From Spirochaetota bacterium (lineage in GTDB: Bacteria > Spirochaetota > UBA4802 > UBA5550): a stretch of DNA of 64,000 nt. Below the pieces are notes generated by a model that saw only the letters and a list, made by a program, of their open reading frames with translations, was not told where the DNA came from and ran no database searches. Location of the stretch: the NCBI GenBank assembly GCA_016929135.1, contig JAFGJK010000030.1, forward strand, positions 5,531 through 69,530. The letters are read 5' to 3'. Shown here piece after piece: positions 9,485 to 20,400 of the stretch (the first letter of the stretch is position 1; each line of letters starts with the position of its first letter). The position numbers and the translations under genes are program-made.

Positions 9485-10861
9485 TCAGCGGTCCATTCCC
9501 AGGAGCATCGCCAGGAGCTTGTTGGCCCTGCCGGCGAGGTCGTCGCTGATCGCCGAGGTCTTCTCCACCATCCCGGTGTTCTCCTGGGTCGCGGAATCGA
9601 TCTGTACCAGGGTCGAGTTGATCTGTTCGATGCCGATCCGCTGCTCGTTGCTCTTCTCCGCGATTCCCGCCACGAGGTCGCTCACCGAGCTGACCGATTT
9701 CCGTATGTTTTGAATGACATCACCGCTCCCGGCCACCAGGGCTGTCCCCCGCTCGATCTTCTCGCTGCTCTGCTTTATGAGCTCGCCGATCTCACGCGCC
9801 GATTCGGCCGAGCGTCTCGCCAGGTTTCTCACCTCGCTGGCAACCACCGCGAAGCCCCTGCCCCGGTCCCCCGCGTGGGCCGCCTCCACCGCCGCATTCA
9901 GGGCCAGGAGGTTGGTCTGGAAGGATATCTCGTTGATAAGCGAGATGATGCCGGCTATCCTGTCCCCCGACTCCCGTATCTCATCTATGGCCTCCACCGC
10001 ACTCTGCACCAGCCGCACTCCTTCCTCGGCGATCCCGACGGCCTGGACCGCCAGGTCCCTGGCCCGGTGCGTGTTGTCGGAATTCTTACGTATCGCCTCG
10101 GCCGACTCCTCGATGGTGGCGGTGATCTCCTCGAGGGCGCTGGCCTGTTCGGTGGTCCGCTGCGCCAGGGACTGGGTCTCCCCCTTGAGTCGCCCCGACA
10201 GGTCGGCCAGGTCCCGCGACAGGTCCCGCCCCGCGTCGAGGAGCTGCTTCGTCATATCGTGCTCCTTCTCCTTCTCCAGGCTCTCCTCGATCCTGCGGAT
10301 CGAGGCCCTTACGATGGTGAGCAGGAGAAATGCCAGCAGGGTGATGAAGACGCTGGTGATGGAGAAGTAGATCAGCAGCAGCGCCTTGTCGTCTGCCGGA
10401 ACCGCGGCGCGAAGGGTGGTCACCAGCGCCACAAGGAAGTTCAGCAGCGAACTGGCGATGACCGTCCACCGCTCCGTGAATACCGCGGCGATGTTAATGA
10501 ATATGAAAAGGATGATGAGGCGCGATGCCAGGTCGGCAACACCCCTGAAATCCGAGAAGACCAGCTGGACGCCCATGACGGCGATGCATCCGAACACCGC
10601 CAGCTTCGCCCCCAGATGATAGCGCCCCGTGCGGATCAGGAACAGGGCGACGGCGCACAGAATGATAAGGCACACCCGCATGAGATTGCGCCCCGACAGA
10701 GGCGATTCCGGGGAATAGATGTTCATGAGAACGACCACCGCGGAAACGAGGACCAGCGCCGCCATGACGAAATACAGGAATATGCGGGACTGCTGCTGGA
10801 GCATGAAGGATTCGTTTTCGTAGCGAACGAGAAAATACTGCAGTAATCGTTTCATCGGCAT
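9485..10861 (-). CDS. methyl-accepting chemotaxis protein with multi-TM N-terminal sensor
   Basis: Signalling hairpin [37 protein letters not shown]; about 6 hydrophobic helices at the N-terminus. Confidence 0.93.
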   Translation of the reverse strand: MPMKRLLQYFLVRYENESFMLQQQSRIFLYFVMAALVLVSAVVVLMNIYSPESPLSGRNLMRVCLIILCAVALFLIRTGRYHLGAKLAVFGCIAVMGVQLVFSDFRGVADLASRLIILFIFINIAAVFTERWTVIASSLLNFLVALVTTLRAAVPADDKALLLIYFSITSVFITLLAFLLLTIVRASIRRIEESLEKEKEHDMTKQLLDAGRDLSRDLADLSGRLKGETQSLAQRTTEQASALEEITATIEESAEAIRKNSDNTHRARDLAVQAVGIAEEGVRLVQSAVEAIDEIRESGDRIAGIISLINEISFQTNLLALNAAVEAAHAGDRGRGFAVVASEVRNLARRSAESAREIGELIKQSSEKIERGTALVAGSGDVIQNIRKSVSSVSDLVAGIAEKSNEQRIGIEQINSTLVQIDSATQENTGMVEKTSAISDDLAGRANKLLAMLLGMDR

Positions 10862-11346
10862 CACCCTTTCCTCATCAGGATGACTCCCAGTATGCACAGA
10901 TCCGCCACTGTGTCAACACCGATAAAGTGCTAATAGCATAACAATTGTATGATCCTTCACGGTGCCGCTTCGGGATGATAACACCGCATGCGGTACGGGC
11001 ATGAGCCACCAGCCCCCGGGCATTCCGCCGCCATGCTGTGCAGCGAGCAGGCAATGCTGAGGAACGGCCAATTTACAGCAATACCGTGTGAGCCTTCTCC
11101 ATGCCGCAGGTTCTGATATACAGGAAATCCTGCGGCAGAGCGGGTGTGCCGGTCACGTCGCCATGACGCCGCCGATCAATTCCAGCAGGAATATTATACT
11201 CATTAATTGTGTTGGCGAATAGTGAAATACACGGCACAGTCTCTCGATAAATGTTCACACAATATTTTTCGCGGAACGCAGCAGCCCCGGAACCTGTCCA
11301 AGAGAGGATGACGAAAAGAGCGAATACCATGCACACGGAGCTGTAT

Positions 11347-11793
11347 ATGATAAGATTTTTGATCTCATTGACGATCTTCGGTGTGACGGCGGCATTCAGC
11401 GCGATCGCCGCATCCACCGTCGTCAGTTTTCTCTTCGAGGCGCGGGTCCGGGCTGCGGGGGAGTACCGACCGGGCGTGAAGAGCATGAGCGCCACCCTGC
11501 AGGTCACGAAGGTACGCAGGAACGTTACCGGCCACAGTCACGATTATTCCATGGCGGAAATGTTAAAATAAGGAAGGGATCTCACGCTCATAGAAGTGGC
11601 GGCGGCAGACGCGGGTCTGATTCGGAAGGACGCCGTGATCGAGGTGTACTACGAACGCGCATCGGGCCTGTACAGGGCGGGAAGCGAGGTGAAGGGTTTC
11701 TCACCAACGCGATTGAAGCTGTACAGGGTTCAGTTTGTACCGGCACACAAGGACCGCCACGTTACTCGCCTGAATTTTGCTACTTCCTTTTAA
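11347..11793 (+). pseudogene. putative secreted protein interrupted by an in-frame TAA (11569-11571)
   Basis: Signal peptide MIRFLISLTIFGVTAAFSAIAAS follows GGAG. ORFs 11251..11571 and 11596..11793 share a frame and are joined by open codons GRDLTLIE. Confidence 0.55.
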
Positions 11794-11855
11794 AAAGCAG
11801 CATGTAGACTGATGGAATCGCCGGTCGCGTCGAGACGAACGGCGCCCCCTCTGTT

Positions 11856-12518
11856 TCACTTCACCGGGCTGATGGCCCCGTTCAGCATCTCCTCGGTGCA
11901 TTTACCGCTCTGAAGGCCCAGCTCCCTGAGCCTGAAGTACATGCTGGTGTACGTAGCGGCCATGTAGGGGAAGAGCCAGAGCAGACCGATAAACACCGTG
12001 AGCACGGTCAGCAGCATCCATCCGATAAAGCTCAATCCCATGACGAAGATGTCCCACTTGTAGCCGTCGGTCATCTTCATGCTTATCCTCAGGGCGTCCG
12101 TGACCTTGACTTTCGGGTTGTCCGCAATGATGTAGATGCACTGCGAGTACGACAGCGCCTTGATGATGCCCGGTACGACGAACAGCAGGGCCCATAGAAA
12201 TATCCAGAGCAACATCCACAAGTACATACCCAGGGATTTTCCGTATATCTTAAAACCGCCGAACAGATTGCCCACCTGGAGCGTGTCATGTTTCACCAAT
12301 GCGATGTAGGTGATGGACAAACCCATGTACATCGGCGCAGTTATGAAAAGCGACGCGATGTTGAATAATCCTCTGATATCGCCCAGCTCCTTGATGTTTG
12401 ACAGCAATCCCAGCGGTGTTGCCACCAGGATGTATACCAGTGTAACCAGCACCGCGGTCCCCCACTTTCCTTTGAGCCTGTCCTTCGCCGCCTGTTTCAA
12501 AGCCTTTCTGTCCAACAT
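11856..12518 (-). CDS. DUF975-family integral membrane protein
   Basis: MLDRKALKQAAKDRLKGKWG start; motifs LWALLFVVPGIIKALSYS, SMKMTDGYKWDIF, LSFIGW and LWLFPY. Confidence 0.88.
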   Translation of the reverse strand: MLDRKALKQAAKDRLKGKWGTAVLVTLVYILVATPLGLLSNIKELGDIRGLFNIASLFITAPMYMGLSITYIALVKHDTLQVGNLFGGFKIYGKSLGMYLWMLLWIFLWALLFVVPGIIKALSYSQCIYIIADNPKVKVTDALRISMKMTDGYKWDIFVMGLSFIGWMLLTVLTVFIGLLWLFPYMAATYTSMYFRLRELGLQSGKCTEEMLNGAISPVK

Positions 12519-12686
12519 GTTCGTCTCCGAATTCAATAGAATTATTGATGCAAAAAAGAATGACACCACAGACGAGATACGCCCCCGGGACCTTGATCAG
12601 AATATTTTCCGAATGGGGAAAATTCCACGAGGCACGTCGGATTGTATCGGTCGCAATACCATGACGGTCCCGCCCTGTGGCGCCGG

Positions 12687-13007
12687 TCACACTCCCCGCT
12701 TCGATTTAATATTCAATGCAAGCTCCCAGGCTCTTGATCGTAATCTGCTCAGCGTATCGTTTTTCTCTTTACAATCCTCTTCCCATACCAGGTTTCCATT
12801 CTTGATGCTCTGCCCGATTACCAAATCATTGAATGAGCCCATGCCGCCGTAGGAACCGAGAAGATGGTCGATTCCCGAATGATCCGAATCCAGCAATCTG
12901 CGCCTTGATTCAATCATGCGATTCTTCCACTGAGTTTCATCATCGGACTCAAGCAGTGCGATTATATGACCGAGAACATCCACCAGCTCTTTGACATGAA
13001 AGCCCAT
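12687..13007 (-). CDS. small protein with GGMGSFND motif (DUF6966-like, possible orphan immunity protein)
   Basis: Helical 106-aa ORF containing LLGSYGGMGSFNDLVI. Confidence 0.7.
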   Translation of the reverse strand: MGFHVKELVDVLGHIIALLESDDETQWKNRMIESRRRLLDSDHSGIDHLLGSYGGMGSFNDLVIGQSIKNGNLVWEEDCKEKNDTLSRLRSRAWELALNIKSKRGV

Positions 13008-13106
13008 AGTGATTCACCGAATGACAGGCTGACCGGGTGGCGTCCGTACAGGACACTCCCGCATCCCCTTATGCATGATTGATTACAATAAACCTGCGCT
13101 CCCCCG

Positions 13107-13138
13107 GGCCTGCTGCCGGACCGCTCCGGCAGCAGGCC
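13107..13138. terminator. 14-bp perfect hairpin, probable terminator of the AT-rich minus-strand gene
   Basis: GGCCTGCTGCCGGA-CCGC-TCCGGCAGCAGGCC. No clear U-tract. Confidence 0.5.
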
Positions 13139-13188
13139 GGGGAAAGCACCGACAACATCCCCTCATATTTCAGCAATATTGATGAATA

Positions 13189-14292
13189 TCAATTCGCATG
13201 ATACGATGTAACAATGTTATCAAAGTAGCTTTTATTGCTGGTATAGATCACTTCAAAAGAAGAGAAATTAATTACCTTTACCTCATTTGCAGAAAATTTG
13301 ATGATATGGAATATCTGACGGTTATAGGTGTTGGTATTGACATCCTGTATTATATAAGAAATGGTTTTACCGTTTATCGATACGGAATCGGTTATAATAC
13401 ATTTGCTTGTATTCATAAATAGAAATAACAATTCATTCTCGCCACCGGCTTTTATTTTATTATGTAGCTCGATTGTCTCAACACCGATTTGAGAATCCCG
13501 TGCAGAATACTTCGACACCCAGCAGGTATCATGTGGCACACCGGTCTTCACATCTCCTTTCATCAGTTTCCAATTATCATCCAGTTTAAACACGATGCCG
13601 TTTAGATTAATACTCTTCGCCCCCTTTGCTTCTATCCTGTAGTTCGCATTAGCATCATTATCAACATTGGGGATGTTTGTTATCTGAAAGAATATCGTAT
13701 CATTTGGCATCATTCTTCCAAAAAAGACACATTTGATATTGCATTCCTTAGTACCGGAAAGAACGCTCGATTTCAAATGGTAAAACGGTATCCAGGGGCA
13801 ATAACGGTTAATTAGTTCTCTTCCATAATTCTTCCAATTTGAATTAATCGTAATCTCTTTACGCTGAGAATTCTTCTGATTATTGGAGTATTCATTTCCG
13901 TAATAGTTCAAGATATTCAATAAATCAGCCGTTACAAGGGATAACCAGTACTGATCGCCCTTGGCCTGCTTGGGCATAAATTCATAATGATTATTATTCC
14001 TAATATAACTTCCGATTAGTATACCTTCCCGAGATTCATCGATATCATATATTCTCATAAGATACTTGTTATATCCTATCTTCATTATCCCCAATAATCT
14101 GTTAAGCGCGTTCTTGTTTCCATAGACGTTCTTTCTAGTATCATGATAATATACGTATTGACCGGGATTATTCTCTCCAAACGGATCGTTATCGTCGCTG
14201 CCGAATGAAATGTTGATATTTAGTGTGGTTGGAATTAACACGCACATCATAATGAACAGAGAAACGGTGATTCTCGATGTCCTCGTCTTCAT
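13189..14292 (-). CDS. AT-rich hypothetical exported protein
   Basis: 367-aa ORF after GGAG, with a hydrophobic N-terminus (ITVSLFIMMCVLIPTTL). Visibly much more AT-rich than the flanks. Confidence 0.75.
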   Translation of the reverse strand: MKTRTSRITVSLFIMMCVLIPTTLNINISFGSDDNDPFGENNPGQYVYYHDTRKNVYGNKNALNRLLGIMKIGYNKYLMRIYDIDESREGILIGSYIRNNNHYEFMPKQAKGDQYWLSLVTADLLNILNYYGNEYSNNQKNSQRKEITINSNWKNYGRELINRYCPWIPFYHLKSSVLSGTKECNIKCVFFGRMMPNDTIFFQITNIPNVDNDANANYRIEAKGAKSINLNGIVFKLDDNWKLMKGDVKTGVPHDTCWVSKYSARDSQIGVETIELHNKIKAGGENELLFLFMNTSKCIITDSVSINGKTISYIIQDVNTNTYNRQIFHIIKFSANEVKVINFSSFEVIYTSNKSYFDNIVTSYHAN

Positions 14293-14688
14293 ATCATTCT
14301 CCAGTTCTCTAGGTAATATAAAGGGTATTACTTTCGGCACAATTAGGTTTTTCGGCAGTGGCTCCATGACGATCCTGTCCCACAGTGTCGGCCACAGTCC
14401 CCTCAAAGCTTTTCATGCGCCCCGGATCGGAAACATTCTGCCAGCTTTCCGCGAATACCGTAACAATGCCGTATGATTCTCTTTATCGTGCATGCTATTA
14501 CAGTACCCGGCAGCAAACAAGCGAAAAACGAAAAAACGTTATTCGTCATGCTTTCCGCTCATGAAACGGTATGCCGGGAGAACGATGGAGCCTCACCTGA
14601 AATTCGGCACAGGGCCCCGGGGAGCTCCGGCGAAGGACTGCATCCGGTCCAGTGGGGGTGAGGAATCGGCCGGGCATACCCCCAGACG

Positions 14689-15633
14689 CTAGATGATCGA
14701 ATCAAGGATCTGGCGAAGCCTGAGAATCTCCTCATTGCTGAAGGGCTGCTCCAGGTACATCCTCAGGTCCCTGGTTTCCTGCCGGTCCGAGGGATCGTTG
14801 ATTTCAATCGATGAGGATATCACGTAGTCCTTTTCCGGGGACGCGGTTATGATGCCCTTCGCCATGAAGGACCTGATATTGATGGCCCCGTCCTTGGGAA
14901 TGACTATGGTTCGGTTGCCCGCGACCTTCATTATAAAAGAAGATTTTCTAGTCGCGAGGCTCGCGTTGGGCGTAAAATAAAAATACTTCGTTTCGACGCT
15001 GTTCTGCCGGTACGTGGTGAATATGGTCCCCTTCCTGAGATTGAAAACGAACTGGTGCCCCCCCTGTCCCCTTGAAACCGGTAGCCTCTTCAGTATCATC
15101 TCGCTGTTCCCGAACAGCTTGACGATGAACCTTCTCTTGCACGCCAGAACCAGCACCGAGCCTCTGCCGACACGGATCTCGCTCCTGTCCCTGATGGGCA
15201 TGTGGTAGCGGACCCTCTCATCGTCGATGCTGGAGCTCCCCCTGAAGTAATAGACGTATATGGGAAGCACCTCGCGCCTGGTCAGGTGGGATATCCCGAA
15301 GTAGAGGGAGGCGCCCACCAGGGCGACGATCACGGCAGCGGCGAGGGCCGCCCTGGGTTTGCTCGCGGCAATCCATCCCGGTATCCCACGCATCGCGACC
15401 CCGGAGGTTGTTCCCGTGCCGTATCCCCTGTAGGTGGCGAGGATCCGCTTTTCCAGCCCCCTGCGGGGCCCGGGTACGGGCCCGGTGGTCGGAGCGACAA
15501 GGGAGAGCATCTCCGCATGCCTTTTACGGCACTGCGGGCATTCCGCGATATGGGCGGCCACCGAGGGTGCCTTTTCCCCGGATTCACCGTTGATGAATCC
15601 TATTATCTCGGTGTTGTCTAAATGCCCTTTCAT
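14689..15633 (-). CDS. membrane anti-sigma factor (ZAS HxxxCxxC, TM, FecR-like domain)
   Basis: AHIAECPQC, one TM (AALAAAVIVALVGASLYFGI) and a FecR-like beta region (FNLRKGTIF...FTPNASLATR). Directly downstream of the ECF sigma. Confidence 0.85.
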   Translation of the reverse strand: MKGHLDNTEIIGFINGESGEKAPSVAAHIAECPQCRKRHAEMLSLVAPTTGPVPGPRRGLEKRILATYRGYGTGTTSGVAMRGIPGWIAASKPRAALAAAVIVALVGASLYFGISHLTRREVLPIYVYYFRGSSSIDDERVRYHMPIRDRSEIRVGRGSVLVLACKRRFIVKLFGNSEMILKRLPVSRGQGGHQFVFNLRKGTIFTTYRQNSVETKYFYFTPNASLATRKSSFIMKVAGNRTIVIPKDGAINIRSFMAKGIITASPEKDYVISSSIEINDPSDRQETRDLRMYLEQPFSNEEILRLRQILDSII

Positions 15634-15675
15634 ATCATCACCTGTTATATATAACAAAGGAAATACGAAAAAGTC

Positions 15676-16203
15676 TCACAAAACCAGGAAAATATTCAAT
15701 AATCCCATTTTTTTCAACTGCTCGTACATCCTTTCAAGGAGCCCGTTGATTTTGCGCCGTACGGTCTTTTCCGAGATGCCGAGGGATTCGGCTATCGCGC
15801 CGACCTGCATCCCCTGCTCCTTGCGCATGATAAAGATCGACCGTGCCACCGGGTCGCTCTGACCGAGAAACCGGTAGATCTCCCTGTTGAGCTCATCAAG
15901 CTCCAGCCGGGCGGCCGTTTCGTCAGGTCTTCCCGGAGCGACGGCGTCGTCGAATTCCACCCTCTGGTACCTGTTCTCCTTCTGGAGATGGTTCACGGCG
16001 AGATTGTGCGCGGTCTTGTACAGGAACGACCTGAGGTTTACGTCCTCCAGGTCGTATCTCTGCGAGTATTGGATCAGCCTCTCGAAACAATCGTGCAGTA
16101 CGTCCTCGGCCGTTTCCGCGGAAGAAATCATCCTGAAGATATAATGAAAGAGCTCCTTCTTATGGAGCCGGTATATTTCCAGCAAACGCCGTTCGCTTAT
16201 CAT
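15676..16203 (-). CDS. ECF sigma-70 factor
   Basis: Region 2 (AEDVLHDCF, FLYKTAHNLAVNHL) and region 4 HTH (IAESLGISEKTVRRKI); 175 aa. Confidence 0.93.
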   Translation of the reverse strand: MISERRLLEIYRLHKKELFHYIFRMISSAETAEDVLHDCFERLIQYSQRYDLEDVNLRSFLYKTAHNLAVNHLQKENRYQRVEFDDAVAPGRPDETAARLELDELNREIYRFLGQSDPVARSIFIMRKEQGMQVGAIAESLGISEKTVRRKINGLLERMYEQLKKMGLLNIFLVL

Positions 16204-16402
16204 ACGGTTTCAAAGATGGGGAATGGAGGCGGGAATGACAACGAATAATTTACCCGGGGGGCCTATTTTTTTCAAAAGGAATGTCCGCTTTTCCGGGTAG
16301 CCCTGTTATATATTGCAACAGCGGATGGATTGAAACCTCTGACGGCAGGTTTCCTGAATGTCAGATTGTTTCGATATAAACTATTGTAAGGAGATCATCA
16401 TC

Positions 16403-16555
16403 ATGAAGAAGATCCTCAGTGTATTGCTCATGGCGCTCGCCCTTGGCGCTGTCATCATCGGATGCAACCGCGCGCCGCAGGAAGACGCGCAGAAAGCGGC
16501 CGAGGGACAGCCGGCTGAAACCGAGACCGCGCAGCCCGCGGAACCGGCACAGTAG
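16403..16555 (+). CDS. 50-aa lipoprotein with acidic, low-complexity mature part
   Basis: AAGGAG RBS; lipobox MKKILSVLLMALALGAVIIG-C, then NRAPQEDAQKAAEGQPAETETAQPAEPAQ; terminator hairpin follows. Confidence 0.8.
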   Translation: MKKILSVLLMALALGAVIIGCNRAPQEDAQKAAEGQPAETETAQPAEPAQ

Positions 16556-16578
16556 ACCTCTGGTTATATTTGAACTGC

Positions 16579-16605
16579 GGGGAGCCTTCAGGTTGAAGGC
16601 TCCCC
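16579..16605 (+). terminator. intrinsic terminator hairpin
   Basis: GGGGAGCCTTCA-GGT-TGAAGGCTCCCC, 23 nt after the lipoprotein stop. Confidence 0.7.
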
Positions 16606-16699
16606 CTTCGATTCCGCTATTACTGCGGCGAGGACTATTGAATACGCACGATGAAATTTCGCGCGATGAAATGGATGCTATCAACATGACGGTACCGCA

Positions 16700-17132
16700 T
16701 TAGGTGCAGGTCACATTACCTTCTTTAATTTCTTCATTTAAAACAATAACATTATAAATCGAATATGTATCGGCATTAAGTTCAATGAATCGAATTCTTA
16801 AATTGTCGTTCATCGACTGACCGTTAAGTCGTTGTAATAACTTTTGAGATAAAGGCAAAGATCTATATATCCTTTTTTTCTCATTGATTCCAATCCATTT
16901 TGAATATTTTGTCTCTTCAAAAGTAATCTGTTCTATGTCATCCCTCCTGATAAAGCCAAGATTACAACGAGCATTGTTAATTCCAATATCGTTGATGATA
17001 ACAACTGTTTTATTTAAAATAATAGATGCCGATGTGAAGCACAATGGTCCCGATGCATACAGCCAGGCAACAACCGAGCAATAACACGTTTTTAAGCACA
17101 ATGACTCTCGAATAACCAATTTCTATATTCAT
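16700..17132 (-). pseudogene. frameshifted AT-rich membrane protein, STM3941-like
   Basis: MNIEIGYSRVIVLKNVLLLGCCLAVCIG (from 17132) continues in another frame as NKTVVIINDIGINNARCNLGFIRRDDIEQITF. The frame changes at about 17010-17040. Confidence 0.55.
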
Positions 17133-17457
17133 ATCATTCAATATTAATATGTAGTGAATTCCATGCAACACAATGAGGTGTATCGGCCGCGGCGGATTCA
17201 TCCCCGTGAGCACAATTCACCGACTGCCGGTCCATTGTTCCGATGCAGGCAATAGCCCCCCGAGGGACCTCCTGGATGAGACCGGTCCTTCCACTGGCAT
17301 CGTTGCAATAGATAAGGATTACTCGTGACATGCCCCTCGGGGGGACTGTGGGAGGTGCGGCGTATTCCCCCCGGGTGCCTCCCCTGCAGTAAAAGTTCTT
17401 GTCAAAAAAAGCCCCGTCCCCCGAGAATTGCCCCTATCCGGAGGGCATGGACAGGAC

Positions 17458-20400
17458 ATGGATCGGCAGAAGACCAGGATACGCTGGGATGTGGTTATGG
17501 TCACCATGGCGGTGGTGGGGCTCCTCTTCTTCCTCGGCATGCAGAGGATCCGCATCGACTCGGACATCCTGAACTCCCTCCCCTCCGACGACCCGGTCCT
17601 CGCCGACGCCGCCTACATTTTCCGCAACCACCCGATCCAGGACCAGATCGCCCTTGACATCTCGCTGGAGCAGAGCGATCCCGACGCCCTGGTGGCGGCG
17701 GCGCAGCGGGCAGAGGCCTCCCTGGTGAAGAGCGGCCTCTTTGAGAGCGTTGGCACCTCGGGCATGCAGCGGCTCTTCCCCCTGATGCTGGAGCAGGTGA
17801 TGGAATCGCTGCCGCTCCTGTTCACCCCCCAGGAGCTTGAGCGTCGGGTCTCCCCGCTGCTCCACCGGGGGGAGATAAAAAAGGTACTGGAGAAGCGGAT
17901 GGCCGACCTGGCGAACCTTGAGGGTATCGGCCAGGCGGGGATGATCGCTCGCGATCCCCTGGGCCTCGCCTGGATCGTCCTGTCCAGGCTCTCGGACCTC
18001 TCGCCGGGCGGCGGCGCCACCCTGTACCGGGGACAGCTGCTCACACAGGACGGCAGGAGCCTCCTGATCCTGCTGAAACCGCGGCACTCCGCCACGGACA
18101 CCGATTACGCCAGGAGGATCCAGGCCGCCATCGAAGATGCCCGCCGTGAGATAGCCCGGGGCGCCGGGGGCCGCGCCTTCACCGTGACCGCCGTGGGGGC
18201 CTACCGTGCGGCCCTGGACAACGAGGACATGGCGAAGTCCGACGTGGAGCTCGCCCTCACCATTTCGACGCTGGGCATCGCACTGCTCCTGATCCTCTCC
18301 TTCCCCAGGCCCCTCTTCGGGCTCCTCTCCATGGTCCCCGCCATGGTGGGGACCGTTGGCTCGCTCTTCGTCTATTCGCTCTTCCACGACTCCATATCGA
18401 TCCTTGCCCTGGGATTCGGCGGGGCCGTCGTCTCCATCACCGTGGATCACGGAATCGCCTTCCTCCTGTTCCTGGACCGGAACGAGGCCACCAGCGGCAG
18501 GCAGGCGGCCCACGAGGTCTGGACCGCGGGTCTCTTCGCCACCCTCACCACCATCGGCGCCTTCCTCGCCCTGGTCTTCAGCGGCTTCGAGATACTCTCT
18601 CAGATCGGCCAGTTCACCGCCATGGGGCACGCCTTCTCCTTCATCTTCGCCCATACGGTCTTCCCCATGGCCTTCCCGGCCGTGGCGCCGGCGGCCCGGA
18701 GAAAGGTCCTGCCGGTGCGCCGTGTCGCCCGGTGGATCGGCGCCGACCAGCGGCTCCGCAAGGTTTTCATCGCCCTGGCGCTCTTCTGTGTGATGCTCTT
18801 CTTCTCGAAGCCGGACTTCAGGATCGACATCGGCGCGATGAACTCCGTCACCGCCGAGACACTGGCGGCGGAGAAGACCGTGAGTTCCCACTGGGGGACG
18901 ATCTTCACGAAGGTTTACCTGCTCGTCGAGGGATCGAGCCTGGGGGACCTCCGGGCCAAGGGGGACCGCCTCTGCGCCCTCCTGGAAAGCGACAGGGCCG
19001 GCGGGAGAGTGGCCTCCTTCTTCAACTCATCGATGATCGTCCCCGGCGAAGAGCGGGGGGGTGTCAACGCGAGGGCCTGGAACGACTTCTGGTCGCCGGC
19101 CCGCACCATCCCCCTGAAACGTGACCTGGCATCCGTCTCACGCGAGGTGGGGTTCTCCGCCGGCGCCTTCGATCCCTTCCTTAAATCGCTGAAGTACTCC
19201 GGCACCGTACAGCCGGTGCCGGAGGCGCTGGCCCCGATCCTGGGGATCACCCGGAAGGGCAATCTCTGGCTTCAGACATCCACCGTCACGCTGGGCCCCT
19301 CCTTCAGCCCGGACGGGTTCCACCGGCGCTACTCGCCGCTGGCCAGGATCTTCGATCCCGCCAATTTCTCCAGGAGACTCTCAGAGACGCTCTCCTCCAC
19401 CTTCCTCTGGATGATACTGATCCTGGGCATCGGCGCGGTTCTGCTTCTTCTCATCTTTCTCATGGACCTGACGCTCACCCTCGTCTCGAGCCTCATGGTG
19501 ATCTTCACCTTCGTCTGCACCCTGGGCACCCTGCATCTCCTGGGACGCCCCCTGGACATCCCGAGCCTGATGATCGCCATCATCATCCTGGGGATGGGCA
19601 TCGACTACACCCTGTTCATCGTGAAGGCCTACCAGCGCCATCCCCGGGACACGCGGCAGCCCATCGACATCATGAACCTCGCGGTGCTCCTAGCCTCCAC
19701 CTCCACCATGATCGGCTTCGGCTCCATGGTCCTGGCGCGCCACACGCTCCTGCGCAGCGTGGGTATCGTGTCGCTCACCGCCATCGTCTTTTCCATCGTC
19801 GGGGCGTACATGATACTGCCGCCGCTGCTGCGGCGCCTCTTCCCGCCCCTAGCGCCGGCCACCGCGGGGCTCCAAGCAGGATCCCGGGAGCACCGCCGTC
19901 GGATCATGCGGCGCCTGCGGCACCTGGAGGCCCATCCCCGGCTCTTCGCCTTCTTCAAAATGAAGACCGACCCGATGTTCCGGGAGCTCGGATCGATGGT
20001 GCCGGACCCGAAACGGATCATCGACATCGGCACCGGCTTCGGCGTTCCTGCCCTGTGGCTCCTGGAGCTGTATCCCGAGGCATCGCTCTACGGCATCGAG
20101 CCGGACCATGAGAGGGCGCGCTTCGCCGACATGATGATCGCCGGCCGCGGCTCCATCGCCGCCGGTGCAGCCCCGGAGATGCCGGCGATCCGGGGGGGGG
20201 CTGACACCGCGCTTATGATCGACATGGTGCACCACCTGGACGACGGCGAGCTGAATCTCGCCCTCTCACGCATCCACTCGCTCCTCCTCCCCGGGGGGAG
20301 GATCGTCATCCGCACCACGATCCCCCTGCGGCGCCGCACCTTCCTTCGCAGCATGGAGGAGCTGCGGCTGAGGCTCTCCGGCCGGAGGCCCGCCTATCGC

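Noticed and set aside
11569-11571. Recoding (Sec/Pyl) at the in-frame stop
   Set aside because: The codon is TAA, not TGA or TAG, and no recoding machinery is present in the window.
16695-17175. Integron cassette or attC sites around the AT-rich genes (ACCTAAT at the stop; also near 13010-13040)
   Set aside because: Core sites are only partial matches, with no paired inverted-repeat structure and no integrase.
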